The position numbers were made by a program, and so were the translations under genes. Below are positions 61,501 to 64,000 of a DNA stretch of 64,000 bases, in pieces. Position 1 is the first letter of the stretch. Each line of letters starts with the position of its first letter. Source of the stretch: Phaeosaccion multiseriatum. Its lineage: Eukaryota > Protista > Ochrophyta, other classes. The DNA is taken from assembly GCA_965112735.1 (NCBI GenBank), contig OZ218951.1:5332001-5396000 (forward strand). The letters are read 5' to 3'. Under the pieces are notes generated by a model that worked only from the letters and a program-made list of their open reading frames with translations, was not told the origin of the DNA and did not search any database.

Positions 61501-64000
61501 GAAGGTAAGGAGGGGAAGGAGAAGACAAGAGAAGGTAAGAAGGGGAAGGAGAAGACAAGAGAAGGTAAGGAGGGGAAGGAGAAGACAAGAGAAGGTAAGG
61601 AGGGGAAGGAGAAGACAAGAGAAGGTAAGGAGGGGAAGAAGAAGACAAGAGAAGGTAAGGAGGGGAAGGAGAAGACAAGAGAAGGTAAGGAGGGGAAGGA
61701 GAAGACAAGAGAAGGTAAGGAGGGGAAGAAGAAGACAAGAGAAGGTAAGGAGGGGAAGGAGAAGACAAGAGAAGGTAAGGAGGGGAAGGAGAAGACAAGA
61801 GAAGGTAAGGAGGGGAAGAAGAAGACAAGAGAAGGTAAGGAGGGGAAGGAGAAGACAAGAGAAGGTAAGGAGGGGAAGGAGAAGACAAGAGAAGGTAAGG
61901 AGGGGAAGGAGAAGACAAGAGAAGGTAAGGAGGGGAAGGAGAAGACAAGAGAAGGTAAGGAGGGGAAGGAGAAGACAAGAGAAGGTAAGGAGGGGAAGAA
62001 GAAGACAAGAGAAGGTAAGGAGGGGAAGGAGAAGACAAGAGAAGGTAAGGAGGGGAAGGAGAAGACAAGAGAAGGTAAGGAGGGGAAGGAGAAGACAAGA
62101 GAAGGTAAGGAGGGGAAGGAGAAGACAAGAGAAGGTAAGGAGGGGAAGGAGAAGACAAGAGAAGGTAAGGAGGGGAAGGAGAAGACAAGAGAAGGTAAGG
62201 AGGGGAAGGAGAAGACAAGAGAAGGACAAGAGAAGGTAAGGAGGGGAAGGAGAAGACAAGAGAAGGTAAGGAGGGGAAGAAGAAGACAAGAGAAGGTAAG
62301 GAGGGGAAGGAGAAGACAAGAGAAGGTAAGGAGGGGAAGAAGAAGACAAGAGAAGGTAAGGAGGGGAAGGAGAAGACAAGAGAAGGTAAGGAGGGGAAGG
62401 AGAAGACAAGAGAAGGTAAGGAGGGGAAGGAGAAGACAAGAGAAGGTAAGGAGGGGAAGGAGAAGACAAGAGAAGGTAAGGAGGGGAAGGAGAAGACAAG
62501 AGAAGGTAAGGAGGGGAAGAAGAAGACAAGAGAAGGTAAGGAGGGGAAGGAGAAGACAAGAGAAGGTAAGGAGGGGAAGGAGAAGACAAGAGAAGGTAAG
62601 GAGGGGAAGGAGAAGACAAGAGAAGGCAAGGAGGGGAAGGAGAAGACAAGAGAAGGTAAGGAGGGGAAGGAGAAGACAAGAGAAGGTAAGGAGGGGAAGG
62701 AGAAGACAAGAGAAGGTAAGGAGGGGAAGGAGAAGACAAGAGAAGGTAAGGAGGGGAAGGAGAAGACAAGAGAAGGTAAGGAGGGGAAGTAGAAGACAAG
62801 AGAAGGTAAGGAGGGGAAGGAGAAGACAAGAGAAGGTAAGGAGGGGAAGGAGAAGACAAGAGAAGGTAAGGAGGGGAAGGAGAAGACAAGAGAAGGTAAG
62901 GAGGGGAAGAAGAAGACAAGAGAAGGTAAGGAGGGGAAGGAGAAGACAAGAGAAGGTAAGGAGGGGAAGGAGAAGACAAGAGAAGGTAAGGAGGGGAAGG
63001 AGAAGACAAGAGAAGGCAAGGAGGGGAAGGAGAAGACAAGAGAAGGTAAGGAGGGGAAGGAGAAGACAAGAGAAGGTAAGGAGGGGAAGGAGAAGACAAG
63101 AGAAGGTAAGGAGGGGAAGAAGAAGACAAGAGAAGGTAAGGAGGGGAAGGAGAAGACAAGAGAAGGTAAGGAGGGGAAGGAGAAGACAAGAGAAGGTAAG
63201 GAGGGGAAGGAGAAGACAAGAGAAGGCAAGGAGGGGAAGGAGAAGACAAGAGAAGGTAAGGAGGGGAAGGAGAAGACAAGAGAAGGTAAGGAGGGGAAGG
63301 AGAAGACAAGAGAAGGTAAGGAGGGGAAGAAGAAGACAAGAGAAGGTAAGAAGGGGAAGGAGAAGACAAGAGAAGGCAAGGAGGGGAAGGAGAAGACAAG
63401 AGAAGGTAAGGAGGGGAAGGAGAAGACAAGAGAAGGTAAGGAGGGGAAGGAGAAGACAAGAGAAGGTAAGGAGGGGAAGGAGAAGACAAGAGAAGGTAAG
63501 GAGGGGAAGGAGAAGACAAGAGAAGGTAAGGAGGGGAAGGAGAAGACAAGAGAAGGGAAGGAGGGGAAGGAGAAGACAAGAGAAGGTAAGGAGGGGAAGG
63601 AGAAGACAAGAGAAGGTAAGGAGGGGAAGGAGAAGACAAGAGAAGGTAAGGAGGGGAAGAAGAAGACAAGAGAAGGTAAGGAGGGGAAGGAGAAGACAAG
63701 AGAAGGTAAGGAGGGGAAGGAGAAGACAAGAGAAGGTAAGGAGGGGAAGGAGAAGACAAGAGAAGGTAAGGAGGGGAAGGAGAAGACAAGAGAAGGTAAG
63801 GAGGGGAAGGAGAAGACAAGAGAAGGTAAGGAGGGGAAGGAGAAGACAAGAGAAGGCAAGGAGGGGAAGGAGAAGACAAGAGAAGGTAAGGAGGGGAAGG
63901 AGAAGACAAGAGAAGGTAAGGAGGGGAAGGAGAAGACAAGAGAAGGTAAGGAGGGGAAGGAGAAGACAAGAGAAGGTAAGGAGGGGAAGGAGAAGACAAG
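61501..64000 (+). repeat. 30-bp minisatellite GAAGGTAAGGAGGGGAAGGAGAAGACAAGA, ~83 copies, running off the window end
   Basis: Head-to-tail units with no spacers; one 11-bp phase slip at ~62221. Confidence 0.98.

Noticed and set aside
61448-63999. 803-aa and 839-aa ORFs; possible CRISPR array
   Set aside because: The ORFs are read-through of a stop-free 30-bp minisatellite. Units are contiguous with no unique spacers and no cas genes, so it is not CRISPR.

Overview
Eukaryotic nuclear DNA: GC-rich, intron-dense, with microsatellite-filled introns. It is probably from a flagellated photosynthetic stramenopile or a similar red-lineage alga; this is inferred from a His-retaining chloroplast sensor kinase plus a PPIL6/RSP12-type cyclophilin. 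Gene models were spliced by hand. Housekeeping genes: CSK/Hik2-type histidine kinase (5' end outside the window), an EF-hand protein, importin-5, a DUF676 serine hydrolase, an ankyrin-repeat protein, a coiled-coil protein, a PPIL6-like cyclophilin and a KMO-like FAD monooxygenase (5' end outside the window, with a 2.5-kb 30-bp minisatellite upstream of its visible exons). The most notable part is an accessory block at about 36.5-54.5 kb. It holds five small single-pass membrane-protein genes that the ORF track mostly misses because an intron splits the TM helix in four of them: three clear paralogs (two from a ~1.9-kb tandem duplication) and two more distant look-alikes. They sit beside a signal-peptide / 7-blade RCC1-propeller / PT-mucin-stalk / TM surface protein and a decayed intronless ankyrin copy. 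Other notable features: 5-nt and 16-nt micro-exons needed to restore conserved motifs, frequent AAG 3' splice sites, MITE-like intronic elements, and a dispersed CAGTTGGTGATACAG micro-repeat found in both exons and introns. All family assignments come from recalled motifs; no database search was run.
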